64,000 nucleotides of DNA, taken from Chrysomallon squamiferum. Taxonomy: Eukaryota > Animalia > Mollusca. Position numbers and translations under genes: made by a program. The stretch lies in contig CM022665.1 in NCBI GenBank assembly GCA_012295275.1, forward strand, positions 43,958,001 through 44,022,000, in the 5' to 3' direction. Below, piece by piece: positions 1-13,074 of this stretch. Below the pieces are notes generated by a model. That model made no database searches. It was not told the origin of the DNA and worked only from the letters and a program-made list of their open reading frames with translations. Within the stretch, counting starts at the first letter, position 1. Each line of letters starts with the position of its first letter.

Positions 1-46
1 GGTTCTCTCAGGACAAAATACTTAGCGTACACTCACTTAAGCGATT

Positions 47-230
47 TTAAACACAAGAATGTCCTCTTTCGTTTTTTCTATCCATTTTTCTTTTATTTTT
101 TTCTCTCTCTATTCTCGTTATTTTTTATTTTTTTTTATTATTATTATTATTATTTTCTTTAAACACAAGAATGTCCTCTTTCGTTTTTCTATCCATTTTT
201 CTTTTATTTTCTCTCTCTGTTCTCGTTATT

Positions 231-280
<50 letters not shown>

Positions 281-295
281 TTTAAACACAATAAT
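47..295. repeat. Tandem duplication of a ~112 bp unit (2 copies plus start of a third)
   Basis: TTAAACACAAGAATGTCCTCTTTCGTTTTT...CTATCCATTTTTCTTTTATTTT occurs at ~47 and ~159; TTAAACACAA recurs at ~282. Confidence 0.85.
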
Positions 296-842
296 TTAAT
301 CAAATTTAATATTTAGTTTAAAAGAAAGACGAAAAAAAAAAAAAAAAGGATTAAAAATAGATAAAGAAAGGAGGGGAAAAAAAAAAAAAAAAGAAGAAAA
401 AGTCGTCTGCTGTGACGTTTCAGCTTTACGACGAGTAATCCACCCTTGTTCGGAGCTCTTTTGTTGTGGAAATTATTAATCTATTGGCTTGTAGCGGAAG
501 CCTGGCAGACGAGAGCTGAGCAAGAGGCAGATTTCGTTTTCTCAGACTGCTATTGATTGCCGTCTGTCTGTTTCGTCATTCGGCGCGAGCTGATTTACAA
601 ACAGCCAAACATGGCGGGAATTCGGAGAACGAGAAGGGAAGTTTGATTAACGAGACACCTCAGCCGAATATTTCCAACATGCCATTAGATGACTAATGTA
701 TTATTTTGTGTGGAAGTACAATGTCCAAATTTAATAAAATAAAATAAAATAAAATAAAAAAAAATAAAATAAAATAAAATTTTTAAAAATTACTACTGTC
801 AGTCGACTGAAGAAGGATTTTTATTAGTTTGACAACATATTC

Positions 843-1025
843 CGAAAAATTAGATTTAAAAAATCAATAAATAAAAAAAAAAATAAATAAATGAAAAAAT
901 CAATTAAAAAAAAAATAAAATAAAATAAAAATATTGCAGACGTTGAAAAATTAGATTAATAAATAAATAAATAAATAAATAAATGAAAAAAATCAATAAA
1001 AATTAAAAAAATATTGCAGACGTTG
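843..1025. repeat. Imperfect ~80-100 bp tandem duplication
   Basis: GAAAAATTAGATT...AAATGAAAAAA(A)TCAAT...AAAATATTGCAGACGTTG occurs twice. Confidence 0.7.
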
Positions 1026-2250
1026 GGGGCAGGTTATAATCAACGAACTAATAGTCTGTTACTATCAATCGATCCGACAACGCGCGGCGCCTCGGGCATA
1101 AATGCTTCTACAAAAAAAAAAAAAAAAAAAAGAATTTGCACCAGCCCCCGTGCGCTGTGTTAGAATACAAATCCACTTTCACAGTCAGATATTGATTGTT
1201 ATTTGCTGTGGCTTATCCAATGAGTAACAACACTTCACTCGGGCCATCATTTCAGCTGCAACGTAAACAGTTTTTGTTTTTCGGTGTCAAAGGTTTACGT
1301 TGTAGAAAAAGAGCGAGGGGGGGGGGGACAGGTGTTTTTGGTAAAAACGGGGTACGGTCGAAAACGACCTTGTCGTGCGTACGAACTGTCTCTTTACGAG
1401 GAAATGTTTTAAGAAAACAGCAATGGGGGTCATGGACAAATAAAATTAATCACAGTTAAAACTGTTGTCCATTTTGACGTTCAGGGATTGAACGGCAAAT
1501 AAGCCAGAACGTTTTTTGTCTTTTATTAAACGAATTTGGTACTAGATCGTCTCGCGTAACGAGAATGTTTTGACGAAAAAGGTTGTAAGGAGGCACCCTT
1601 TTACTTAATACATCCACACCCATCTTCCTACGCAAAAACAACGCGTAGTTCGTCAGTGTTTTTTTTTTTTTTTTTTTTTTGCATAGATTCCACGTCACAG
1701 CGGGCGAGTGATGGAATTAATGTGTGAAAATGATGTTTTAACATCTTCTAGCCTAGCTATAATTACGTCATTTACAATTAATTTTCATAACTGTCTGCAT
1801 TTTGAAGTAATAGCGAGGTTTTTTTTTTTTTTTTTTTTTTATAGGTTTATAAATGACATGATAAATGTCAACAGATTCGTTTAATGCCAGTGATATGTAA
1901 TGAGATCAGAATGTTGTAGAATTTATATTATCTCTAATGGAATAATATATAAAAAAAAATAATAATAATAATATTTTAAAAAATGCTGTGACTGGTGATT
2001 GAAAATTGACATCATCCTTGACCCCCCCCCCAGGTCAGCTATTAGCAAAATGAAATTGTATCGATCTTTTCTCAGGGTGATTTTTTTTTTCCTCTCCATT
2101 AGAATTCTGTTATTGGCTGATGAAAGACTGTGGTATGTGATCTTTTATATATATTGTGTGTGTGCTTATATATATATATATATATATACATACACAGAAT
2201 TTATAAAACTCTAATAAAGAAAAAATAAACAGGATATCAAACTAGTATAC

Positions 2251-2437
2251 GTAGTAGTAGTTATGTAGTAGTAGTTGTAGTAGTTGTAGTAGTGGTAGTA
2301 GTAGTAGTAGCAGCAGCAGTAATAGTTGCAGCAGTAGCAGTAGTATTAGTAGTAATAGTTAAAGATGAACTAGTAGAGGTATAATTGTAAAAATAGCAGT
2401 AGTTCAAATAGTAGCATTAGTAGTACTAGTATCAGTG

Positions 2438-2470
<33 letters not shown>

Positions 2471-3148
2471 ATAATATTAACAGTGATAGTAGTTGTTGTT
2501 GTTGTAGTAACTCGAATAGTTAACGTAATGGTAGTAAATAGTACAAACTGTAGTTCCAATAGTGACAGGCGCAAAAGGAGTTTTACTAGTCCTAGAAGCA
2601 GTTGTAGGGGTAATAGTAGTCCTAATATTAGTAATGATGGTAGTAGTAGTAGTTAAAGTTGAAAAATGGAAGTATTATAGTAGAAGTAGTAATGGTAGAA
2701 GAGACGGTAGAGGTGATAATAATAATAGCAGCGAGCAAGCAACAGCAACATCAGCAAGTAAGTAGTTCTAGTAGAATTAGAAGAGTATGGTAGTAGTAGT
2801 GATAACAGTATTAGTAGCAGCAATGACGTCAGCAAAGTTGTAGTAGTAGAAATCAGCAGTAGTTCTAGTAGAAGTAGAAGAAGTAGTAACAGTAGTAGAA
2901 TTAGTAAAGTAGTAGCCCTAGTAGAATTAGTAACAGTAGTAGTAGTAGAAGTAGTAGTAGTAGAATTAGTAGTAGTAGTAGTAGAATTAGTAACAGTAGT
3001 AGTAGAATTAGTAGCAGTAGTAGTAGAATTAGTAGTAGTAGTAGTAGAATTAGTAGTAGTAGTAGAATTAGTAGTAGTAGTAGTAGAATTAGAAGTAGTA
3101 GTAGTAGTAGAATTAGTAGTAGTAGTACTAGTAGAATTAGTAGCACTA
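2251..3148. repeat. (AGT)n-derived low-complexity tract ending in a higher-order (AGT)n-AGAATT repeat (18-21 bp period, ~2880-3148)
   Basis: Direct reading; explains the poly-Val, poly-Ser and poly-Leu ORFs. Confidence 0.9.
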
Positions 3149-3745
3149 GCTATAACACCATCAGTACGTGTTCTTTTTTTCTTTCTTTCTTTTTCTTTTT
3201 CTTTTTCTTACTAACCGTTCTACGAAGATAAGATAAGATAATACAACACAAGCTGTCTACCATTTCAAGTGAATACAAAATAAAGCATGGCCGATCGCCA
3301 AGTATAATTTCATTATTGTGCACTGGCTCGAGCACACCTACATATTACATAAAGTACACTCCTGCTTGTCTGTAATGTTCAGACATCGGTCTCTTTATCT
3401 ACAGAGAAGAACGACAAAATAATCCACGGTTGCCGTACAAATTACCAGCAGAATTAAATGGCCTTAGTGGATGTGGAACGTAACGAGATCGATAACGTTT
3501 TCGCCTTCTTAACGAAATAAAAAAAAAAAAAAACGTTAAAGACTCGCGCGGGAAATCACCGTTTTGTTTTGACCGCGAAACAGACGTCACTGATTGTATT
3601 TACTTTATTTAGCTAATAGGCGAGAGAGAGAGTGTGTGTGTGAATGAGAATAGGAGGTGTGTGTGTGCGTGCGTGTGCGTGTGTGTGTGTGTGAAGGAGC
3701 AGCTTGATTAAGGAGTGGTTGATGTAGAGGTGAAGGTGAATAAGA

Positions 3746-3852
3746 AGTAGTGGATCCAAGGGAATTTGGCTTACGAGCAGTGGATGCAAGGGAATTTGGC
3801 TTACGAGCAGTGGATCCAAGGGAATTTGGCTTACGAGTAGTGGATCCAAGGG
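3746..3852. repeat. 30 bp minisatellite, 3.5 copies (AGYAGTGGATCCAAGGGAATTTGGCTTACG)
   Basis: Units start at 3746, 3776, 3806 and 3836 (partial); near-identical. Confidence 0.95.
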
Positions 3853-4773
3853 TGTGTATGACCCCCCCAAGCCATGGATCCACAATAGACTCTAGCATAC
3901 AGAGTCTAGATCCTATCTCCGTGTCCTTGTTAAAAGCTTCGAGTTTAGCGTTCGTAAGATTGTGGTAAATTCAATATTATCATAAACGTAATCTTCGTAT
4001 GTAACTGTTTGAAAAGTTTATGTGTAAACTTATGCCGTTATGTTTAATAACGTAAAGTAATATTAATGACTTTTATGATTTTTTTTTATTTGATTTTTTG
4101 GGGGTGGGGTGTCGAGTGAGAGACTGACTACCTCAACGTGTACGTGGATCAGCCCCTGGTCGTTGTAGGCGTGCAGTTAACAGTCAGAAAATGTTTTGTT
4201 TTCCTCACGTTTAACTGCCGGGATGTTTAGAAATGAAACAGATGACGTCAGAGGGAAAAACAGAGAGTAAGAGTCAGAGTATTAAAGTGAAAAAAACAAA
4301 CATTCTCTGTAATAAACTATTACTTACGTGCATACATATAGATATTCACATATGTGTGTGTGTGTGTGTGTGTGGGTGTGTGTGTGTGTGTGGGTGGATG
4401 TATGTGTGTTAGATATTCATATATATGTGTATATTTCTGATTATTTTTATTTTTCCGTTTCATTGGTTTTTCTGTTATTTTCCTTTCATTTCTTTCGTCT
4501 CTTCATTTTCTTCTTTCTTTATATCAATTTCTTTCTTCTTTTCACAGTTCAAAAATTAGCCATATTACTAAGATTGCTGAAGTTTTTATTTTTAGATGTG
4601 TTTTTTTTTTTTTTTTAAATATATATATATTTTTTCACTATTAAATTATTTGTAAAATTGTTAACGAAATCCAAAAAGGAAGCGGCGAACGTTTTCATTT
4701 TCTCTGTTAGTTTCAATTTATTTTATTACTTTATTATTAATAGCAGTATTACCTTTCTTTCTTTCTTTTATTT

Positions 4774-4873
<100 letters not shown>

Positions 4874-5403
4874 TTATTATTATCATCATCACCATTTTTT
4901 TTTTTTTTTTTTTTTTTTAATGTTTGTTTGTGTCTCAGTATTATTAGGTCAGTTTAATTAATCTGAATTTAATGGCCAAGGATTATTAAACGCGTGTTAG
5001 AGGACAATGATTTCTCTGTCACTGACTTATTTGATGTCAAACATTTGTTTAGCGACAACACTAGAACACAGTGATCAACTTTCGTTCCGCAGCCATTGTG
5101 CTTAAAACATTTGTAATAGCGAACACTGAGAACATATTGATTAACTTTGTCTTATTATTCATTGGAAATAAAGCGATACTTCTGACATTTTATCGAACCT
5201 TAATGTGTGTGTGCGTGTGTGTGTGTGTGTGTTTGCGTGTGTTGTGTGTGTGTGTGTGTGTGTTTGTGTGTGTTTGTGTTTGTGTTTGTGTGTGGAGATA
5301 TGTCATAAGTTATCCTTCACATTTGAATCAATTAAAATTTCCGATATTAAAATTATCATTAAATATTTTACTCAGTCTCTGTAATTCATCATGGTGTCTG
5401 TGT

Positions 5404-5518
<115 letters not shown>

Positions 5519-5579
5519 GACAGATACGGTTAATATATATCTATCTATTTATCTATTTATCTATCTATCTATCTATCTG

Positions 5580-5632
<53 letters not shown>

Positions 5633-5692
5633 TTATATATATATATAAATGTTTTCCTCAGTCTCTATAATTCATCATGGTGTTTGTGTGTG

Positions 5693-5745
<53 letters not shown>

Positions 5746-6552
5746 ATTTTCATTTATGGATATCATTTAAAACTAATTCCTACGACCAGAACTTTTCACA
5801 CATTTCGAAACACTTAACATCCTTCATCGTGACAAACAAGCTTCATACCAAACATTTCTTTTTCCTTCTTCCCACTCTGAATGCTCTGAATACGCTGCAT
5901 TCTTCTCCGCTGACCTTGCCTCTCACTGTAACGTATTCACAATTGTCATTCGACAACACTCGATTTCGTTCAAACGACTTCTGGCTAATTATCCTGAACG
6001 GCGTCAGGAAACGACTACTACTACCACGTACACGACGACGGTCTTGAAAACAACAACAGTTCCCATACTCTCTCTCTCTTTCTGACTCTGACTCTGACCT
6101 AATCGCGACACTCGGAATCCGGAAGGAAAAAAAATAAAATATTTATAGACCAGCGTTGTATTACTGACCAGCTGTAAGGACGTATGTGAAATGTTTTATT
6201 TATAAAATGAATGACGGGATGTCTTCGTTTTGTGTGGTGTTTTTGTGTGCGTGTGTGTTTTTTTGTGTTTAAGTCTGTTTGTTTGTGTGTCTGTGTGTGT
6301 GTGTGTTTGTATGTTTGTATGTCTGTGTTTAAGTGTGTGCATGTTTGTATGCCTGTGTTTATGTGTGTGTGTTTGTATGTTTGTGTTTAAGTTTGTGTGT
6401 GTTTGAATGTCTGTGTTTAAGTGTGTGTGTGTTTGTCTGTGTTTAAGTGTTATTATAATGTTCGTGTCTGTATGTTTATGCATCAGTGTGTAGATCGATA
6501 CGTTTATGTTTATGACATATATAAGTCATTACAGACATTCATAAAAACTTGA

Positions 6553-6637
<85 letters not shown>

Positions 6638-7485
6638 CAGACACACACACACACACACACACACAGACACTTCACAATACACAGAAAAAGACTGGTGCAC
6701 GGAGTTTCAGTACGGAAGGAAAAATTTGTGTCCTGTCTATCATCACCGACAGGAACAAAAACTGGAAGACATCCCGCTTGAGTTTCTAACAGGAGGTCTT
6801 CCACGTGTTGCGTTCAACACACGCACACACACATCAACACGCACACACGTCAACACGCAAACACATCTACACGAACACGTGGTAAGAAGGTTACACAGAA
6901 ACACAGAGAGAAGAAGACAGACAGACACAAAATAAGATAAGAGAAAAGGATATGAATTCATCGTGTTTTGATTTCACACTTTCCAACGCAGTGGTTTATT
7001 TATTTATTTATTTATTTGTTTGTTTATTTGTTTATTTGTTTGTTTGTTTGTTGGTTTGTTTATTTATCTATTTATGTGTTTATTTATTTACTTATTTATT
7101 TATTTAGTTGTTTATTTATACTACTATTATTATTACCAGTAGTAATTAATTATTCATTTATTTATACTTCTGTGACTACTTCTACGACTACAACTACTAC
7201 TAGAAGTACTACTAGTAGTAGTAGTAAATAATAATAATGTAATAATATTTATTGATATTGGTGTTGCTGTTCTTTAAAATGTTATTAATAAAAATATATA
7301 TATTATAATTCTTTTTTTTCTTTTTTTTAAACTCATATATTTTGAATTCAAAAACCGTTTGAAAGTTATTTTGTCTAAGAACATTGCTAATGTACACAAG
7401 TTAATTTTCCGTAGTCGATTATTCAATAAATCAAAGACTTCAGAACACATTTTAATATTAACGCTTATTAGGTGTACTCTATTTA

Positions 7486-7558
<73 letters not shown>

Positions 7559-7559
7559 T

Positions 7560-7725
7560 AGCATCGAACAGCAGCAAACAGTCTTTTCCGAACACCTTCC
7601 AACAGAACAGGAGAACACATACCACAACCTTTTGACAAACCAAACGCCGAACTCACGGCTGGAACGGGAAAAATATCCCATCTTGAATACCGAGCACGAA
7701 TGGATGCTAACATAACCAGCTATAT
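7560..7725 (-). mobile_element. Decayed tRNA-derived SINE copy (central domain and head)
   Basis: The reverse complement reads ...TTCCCGTTCCAGCCGTG...CAAAAGGTTGTGGTATGTGTTCTCCTGTTCTGTTGGAAGGTG...AAAAGACTGTTTGCTGCTG. It shares words with relics at ~2110, 11580, 13205, 46075, 51090 and 60905, and resembles a molluscan SINE core I recall (GGCCGTGGTATGTGCTATCCTGTCTGTGGGA..GTGCATATAAAAGATCCCTTGCTGC). Confidence 0.6.
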
Positions 7726-8577
7726 TCTGTTCTTATCACGCAGTATTACATTTCATTATCTGACAGCACAGCACTGTGAACTGAATATGACACACAGAAA
7801 TCGTTATATTACATCTCAGTGTGTAAACCCTTTGAAGTCATTACAATCGCTAAGCCATACGACTCAAAATTTCACAAGACTTCATCTGTGAAGCCACAGT
7901 GGACGAAATTCATAAAAAAAAAAAAAAAAAAATACAGAAGTGTGGGTTATAACATAAAACAGCAACGTTATTTTAATACATGGGGTGAGCTTAACCTTAG
8001 ATAAAAGTATGAACAGGAAAAAAAAAAAAAAACGAATGAAATTACGACTAACATTAACGCTTGCCGTTCCGACAGTTTACGTAGCGATGTTAAAGCACGC
8101 CTGTCGTGGTGGACAACCTCGTTTTGTGTTTTTTTTTTTTTTTTGTCCTGACACCACACACACACACTAGGCGCGTACGGGGTCATCATAATGTTACGAT
8201 TTAAAGGGACACGTTATAACACTTAGGTAAGATCTGTATGTTTGTTTCTAAGTGCGGTCACACCCAAAACTTATTGTGAAAATTTTGTTTTAACCTACTT
8301 AGATAGGCGGAGTCATGCCTCATGCTACTTACCAGCACGGTATACTGTTACGCTATAAGCAGTAACGTTGTTAAATACTTAACTTACACAATGCCCATCA
8401 AGTGTGCTGAAACCCAGTTCAGTGGATTAATTCTGTATGTTTTTTTTATAATGCATCGCTTATCACGAAATGACCTGTTTACACTATCTGTAGTAGTAGT
8501 AGTAGTAGTGTGTGTTGTAACCGAGATTGTCTACGCTGGTTTATGTTACTAAATTATTATTATTATTATTATTATTA

Positions 8578-10486
8578 TATATCGACAGGGTAATGGTTAG
8601 AGTTTATACGTTTCAAATGTTGACACCTGGTTCAACAGATTAATATTGTTGATTTTCAAAAGCACACTGGTCACTGAGAAGACCTATTTACTTTATCTGT
8701 GTAGTGTTTGTAATGACTGAGATGTCTACGCAATTTATGTTATTAATTATTACGGTTTTTACAGTTTATATGTTTCAAATGTTGACACCAAGTTCAGCAG
8801 ATTAATATTGTAAATTTTCTAAAGCACATTGATCATGAGAAGACCTATTTACTTTATCTGTGTAGTGTTTGTAATGACTGAGATGTCTACGCAGTTTATG
8901 TTATTAATTATGATATAGCGACAGCGTAATGGTTGCAGTTTTTACAGTTTATATGTTTCAAATGTTGACACCTAGTTCAGCAGATTAATACTGTAAAAAC
9001 TGTGAATCACGCTTGTCTTGGGAAATCCTCTACTAACACAGATAGCTTTTCAGATTAAGTTTTATCCATATAAAAAAAAAAACGTATCAAATGTTGACAT
9101 TCAGTTTATTAGATTAATACTGTAAACTCTTAAACGTGCTTGACTTGGAAAATCCTGTGTCAGCTCAGTTAGATTTTCAGATTAAGTTTCATCCATGTAA
9201 TATATATTATAAGTTATGAATATACCCTTTAAAGCTGACATTATTGCATACAATACGTATGAAATGATGACATTCATTTTAATATTGTCAATTCTTAAAT
9301 ACGCTTGATATTAGCTGCTCGGATTACGTTTTATCCATGTAATATGTGTCGTAGGTTACGAAGTCACACAGTATTGCTTATAATGAACACCTACTTGAGT
9401 AGATTACTGATGTAAATCACAGGGAACCTTTGTTACGGGAAGTTCAGAGATCTATATAGATTATGTACACTATAACAACACACTGTATGTAATACAACAT
9501 AAGTTTTAACTATGTTGACGCCCAGTTCAGTAGCTTATTGTTGTAAATTTAAAAGCATGCTTGCAATGGGCAGTTCAGAGAGCTTATAGATTATAGACAT
9601 ATTACACCCTATAAGGATGCACTGAAATACAGTATGTGTTTTAATATGTTGACATCCACAGTAGTTGTTGCGGTTTAATATGGGTTGACATCCATTTCGT
9701 TATAAAGAAACACTATAATATAAGTATGCTGACATTCAGTTCATTATTGTGGTAAATTGTAAAGCACGCTTGCTATGGGTTCAGAGATCTTACAGATTAT
9801 TCGTATATACTATACGTTATTAAGAAACACTGTAATATAAATATGCTGACATTCAGTTCAGTAGGTTATTGTTGTAAATTGTAAAAACACTCTTGTAATG
9901 GGCAATTCAGAGATCTTATAGATTATACATATTATATACTGCACGTTATAAAGACACACTGCAGTTTAAGTTTTAAGTATGTTGACATCCAGTTCACTGG
10001 GTTATTGTTGTAACTTCTAAAGCACGTTTGTAATGGGCAATTCAGAGACCTTATAGATTACACATAGATTATAAAGACACCCAGTCTAATATCAGTGTTA
10101 AGTATGCTGACATTCAGTTCAGTGGGTTATTATTGTAAATTGTAAAGCATGCTTGTAATGGGCAGTTCAGAGATATTATAGATTATACATAGATTATAAA
10201 GTTATACATATACGATATAAAGACCCAGTCTAATATCAGTGTTAAGTATGCTGACATTCAGTTCAGTGGGTTATTGTTGTAAGTTGTAAAAGCACGCTTG
10301 TAATGGGCAGTTCAGATTATACATAGATTATACATAGATTATACACAGTGTTAAGTACGCTGACATTCAGTTCAGTGGGTTATTGTTGTAAGTTGTAAAA
10401 GCACGCTTGTAATGGGCAGTTCAGATTATACATAGATTATACACAGTGTTAAGTATGCTGACATTCAGTTCAGTGGGTTATTGTTG
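8578..10486. repeat. Degenerate tandem array of about 15 units, ~100-180 bp each
   Basis: Recurrent anchor ATG(T/C)TGACA(T/C), with consensus AAGTATGCTGACATTCAGTTCAGTGGGTTATTGTTGTAAATTGTAAAGCACGCTTGTAATGGGCAGTTCAGAGATCTTATAGATTATAC. Anchors near 8619, 8781, 8964, 9093, 9514, 9648, 9728, 9845, 9981, 10106, 10250, 10359 and 10457. Confidence 0.92.
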
Positions 10487-11574
10487 CGTGTTGCGGAGAG
10501 TGTGCCACGCCAGGCTTTGACCCGGTTTCTCGCTCACTGTGTTAGTCAAACAGCTCAGAGGACAGTCAGTCAGTTATCTGTGACATCGCTTCTAGGCCTC
10601 ACTGCAGCTGTAATTAGCGGTAACAGACGGGGCGGTAATTCCGTTAGATGTGGCGCCCATCACAAGCGTACCTGAGCCTTATGGACGGAGATATTTTACG
10701 TTGTTTAAGATTCAGTTGTGTACGTGTGTGTGTGAGCGAATGTATATATGTATGTTTGTATGTATGTACGTATGTATGTATTTATTTATATTTTATGTAT
10801 TTTTGTATGTATATCTTTATGTATGTATATGTGTGTGTGTATTTGTAAGCATGTGTATGTATGTACGCAAAACATGCATTATGTGTTTTAATTCTTTTGT
10901 TAATAAATGGAATAAAATGAACAGACATAACTCGATAACAAAATATGAACATAGAAGAGAAATATGTTTAACATATAAATAAATATATATTCACAATTAT
11001 TAAAAAAAATAATAATAATAATAATAAAAACAAAGAACAAAAATAAAAGACAAAGAACCAAAGAAACGGAAATATATTAGACAAAGTACGAGATTTTTTT
11101 GTATTTTATTTTATTCAAATCAGCTTTGATGTCTGCAACATCGTCAAAAGAACGACAGTATATTGGGCACAGACGTCCGCTATAGAGAGGTGGGCGTAAT
11201 TGACATGACAGACAAAAAAAAAAAGAATTATGCAATTTTAGATTAATTTGCTTTGAACAGAAGACAGAGAGAAATAAACCCATCAAATATGACAGTGGGA
11301 GTTTTCCCCCCCCCATCCTTTAGGATAAACGTCACTTCCTGTCGCTCGTGCACACTTCCTTGATTGTGACAAAGTACCTGATAATGGGACAATTATATTC
11401 TGAATATTAACTCTCTCTTCACATTCGTGTCTCTCTTTCGATTAAAACTTATCTGGCCCCAGAAACTAAAAAAAAAAAAAATAATAATGTTTTACGGTGT
11501 TTTATGTGTATTTTGAAAACATCTGTGTTTAGTTTAGTTTAGTCATTTATGTCATTTCTCTTTGTTTGTGTGGT

Positions 11575-11665
11575 TAGAGGTATATCCTGTTCCAGTCGTA
11601 GCTCAAAGTCTATGGAATGTGCTATCCTGTGTCTGTGATGCGTCCAGTAAAACAATTATTGATCT
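11575..11665 (+). mobile_element. SINE core fragment
   Basis: CCTGTTCCAGTC...CAAAGTCTATGGAATGTGCTATCCTGTGTCTGTG; same family words. Confidence 0.45.
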
Positions 11666-11801
11666 TCGGATATTTTCGGTATTAATCGTGTTTTAAAAAA
11701 AAATGATAACAATAACAACACTAAGAAGAAGAAGAAGACGCAGAAGACGAGGAGGAAGAAGAAGAAAACAATAACAACAATAACCTTTATTTAAATTATT
11801 A

Positions 11802-11865
<64 letters not shown>

Positions 11866-12801
11866 CTTCATGGCTATTTCTTATTTCTTTTTCTTTTTCT
11901 CTCTTTTTTTCTTTTTTTCATTATCTTGTTTTAATAATTACAAAATACAGTGCATCTATCTTAAAACGAGCGATCTTTCGGCTATTTTCGTGACTGTTCG
12001 TGTTTTCACTTTATTGCTGTACAAACAAATATTGAACTGGAGCGAATTGAGACTCCTGTTGTTAATATCCACGTTCTTCCTTCCTGACCGAGATGCTTCG
12101 TTCGAACTGCTTCTTGATCCGCCGCCATCCTTTTTGTTAGTATTGATCAGGCCATATTTCCTCGGTTAATGTTTGCCCATAGTAATTTAGTAATACCAGC
12201 CATGTTGCAATTATTGACTGTTTTTCACAAGACGTTCGCGAAGTGCAGTTTTTGTGTGCGATTGTGTCATCGCTAACCAAAAAAAACAATGAGCCGGATG
12301 TCGTATCATCGTATGTCCTCCGTAATTAATCTCTACCACGGTTTGCAAGAGCACCGCCGATGAATGAAATCGTCATAAATTAATTACGTTGAATGATTTT
12401 TGAATAATTGATGAAATGGTATTGTTCTGCGTTGTATGCATGAAAAATAGACAGTTTAGACTGGGAAAAAAAAAAATGGTTGTCGATGTCGTTGTTATTT
12501 GTTTTCTAAACATCTGAATGGTCATGGAGAATGTGGTTTTATTTCTGTTTTACAATGAGAAAAAGAATTGATATTCTGAGAAAATGGGGGAGATGATACG
12601 TCTGTTGTTTTCAGAAATAGAAGTTTCAGAAAAATGTTTTTCCGTGTAGTCGATGCAGTTATAGTAATTATTATCAGTAGTAGCAGTTATTTGAACCAGC
12701 AGTTGCTGATGCAGAAGTAGTACTAGTAGTAGTAGTAGTAGTAATAGTAGTAGTTGTTGAAGCAGCAGTAGTAGTAATAGCAGTAGTAATAACAGCAGGA
12801 A

Positions 12802-12841
<40 letters not shown>

Positions 12842-13074
12842 CGTGATAGTGATGGTGTTGGTAGAGTACTAATCGATGTGTTAATGATTGTAACGGTATT
12901 GCAGTAGTTATTGCAGTAGTGATATTAGTAGGAGTAGTAACAGCAGCAGTAGTAATAGTAGTAGTTACTGTATTAGTAGTAATTATAGTAGTAGCAGCAA
13001 TAATGATTCTAGTAGTTGTAACAGTAATGGTATTAATAACAGTAGTTATAATGTAGCAATAGAATGGTAACTGA

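Noticed and set aside
2901-3146. Leu/Ile-periodic ORF resembling a transmembrane or leucine-zipper peptide
   Set aside because: Product of the (AGT)n-AGAATT DNA repeat; no ATG or splice context.
12006-12128. 40-aa minus-strand small ORF with a good Kozak context (MAADQEAVRTKHLG...)
   Set aside because: No recognisable similarity or codon bias; ATGGCGGC is equally a YY1-type motif.
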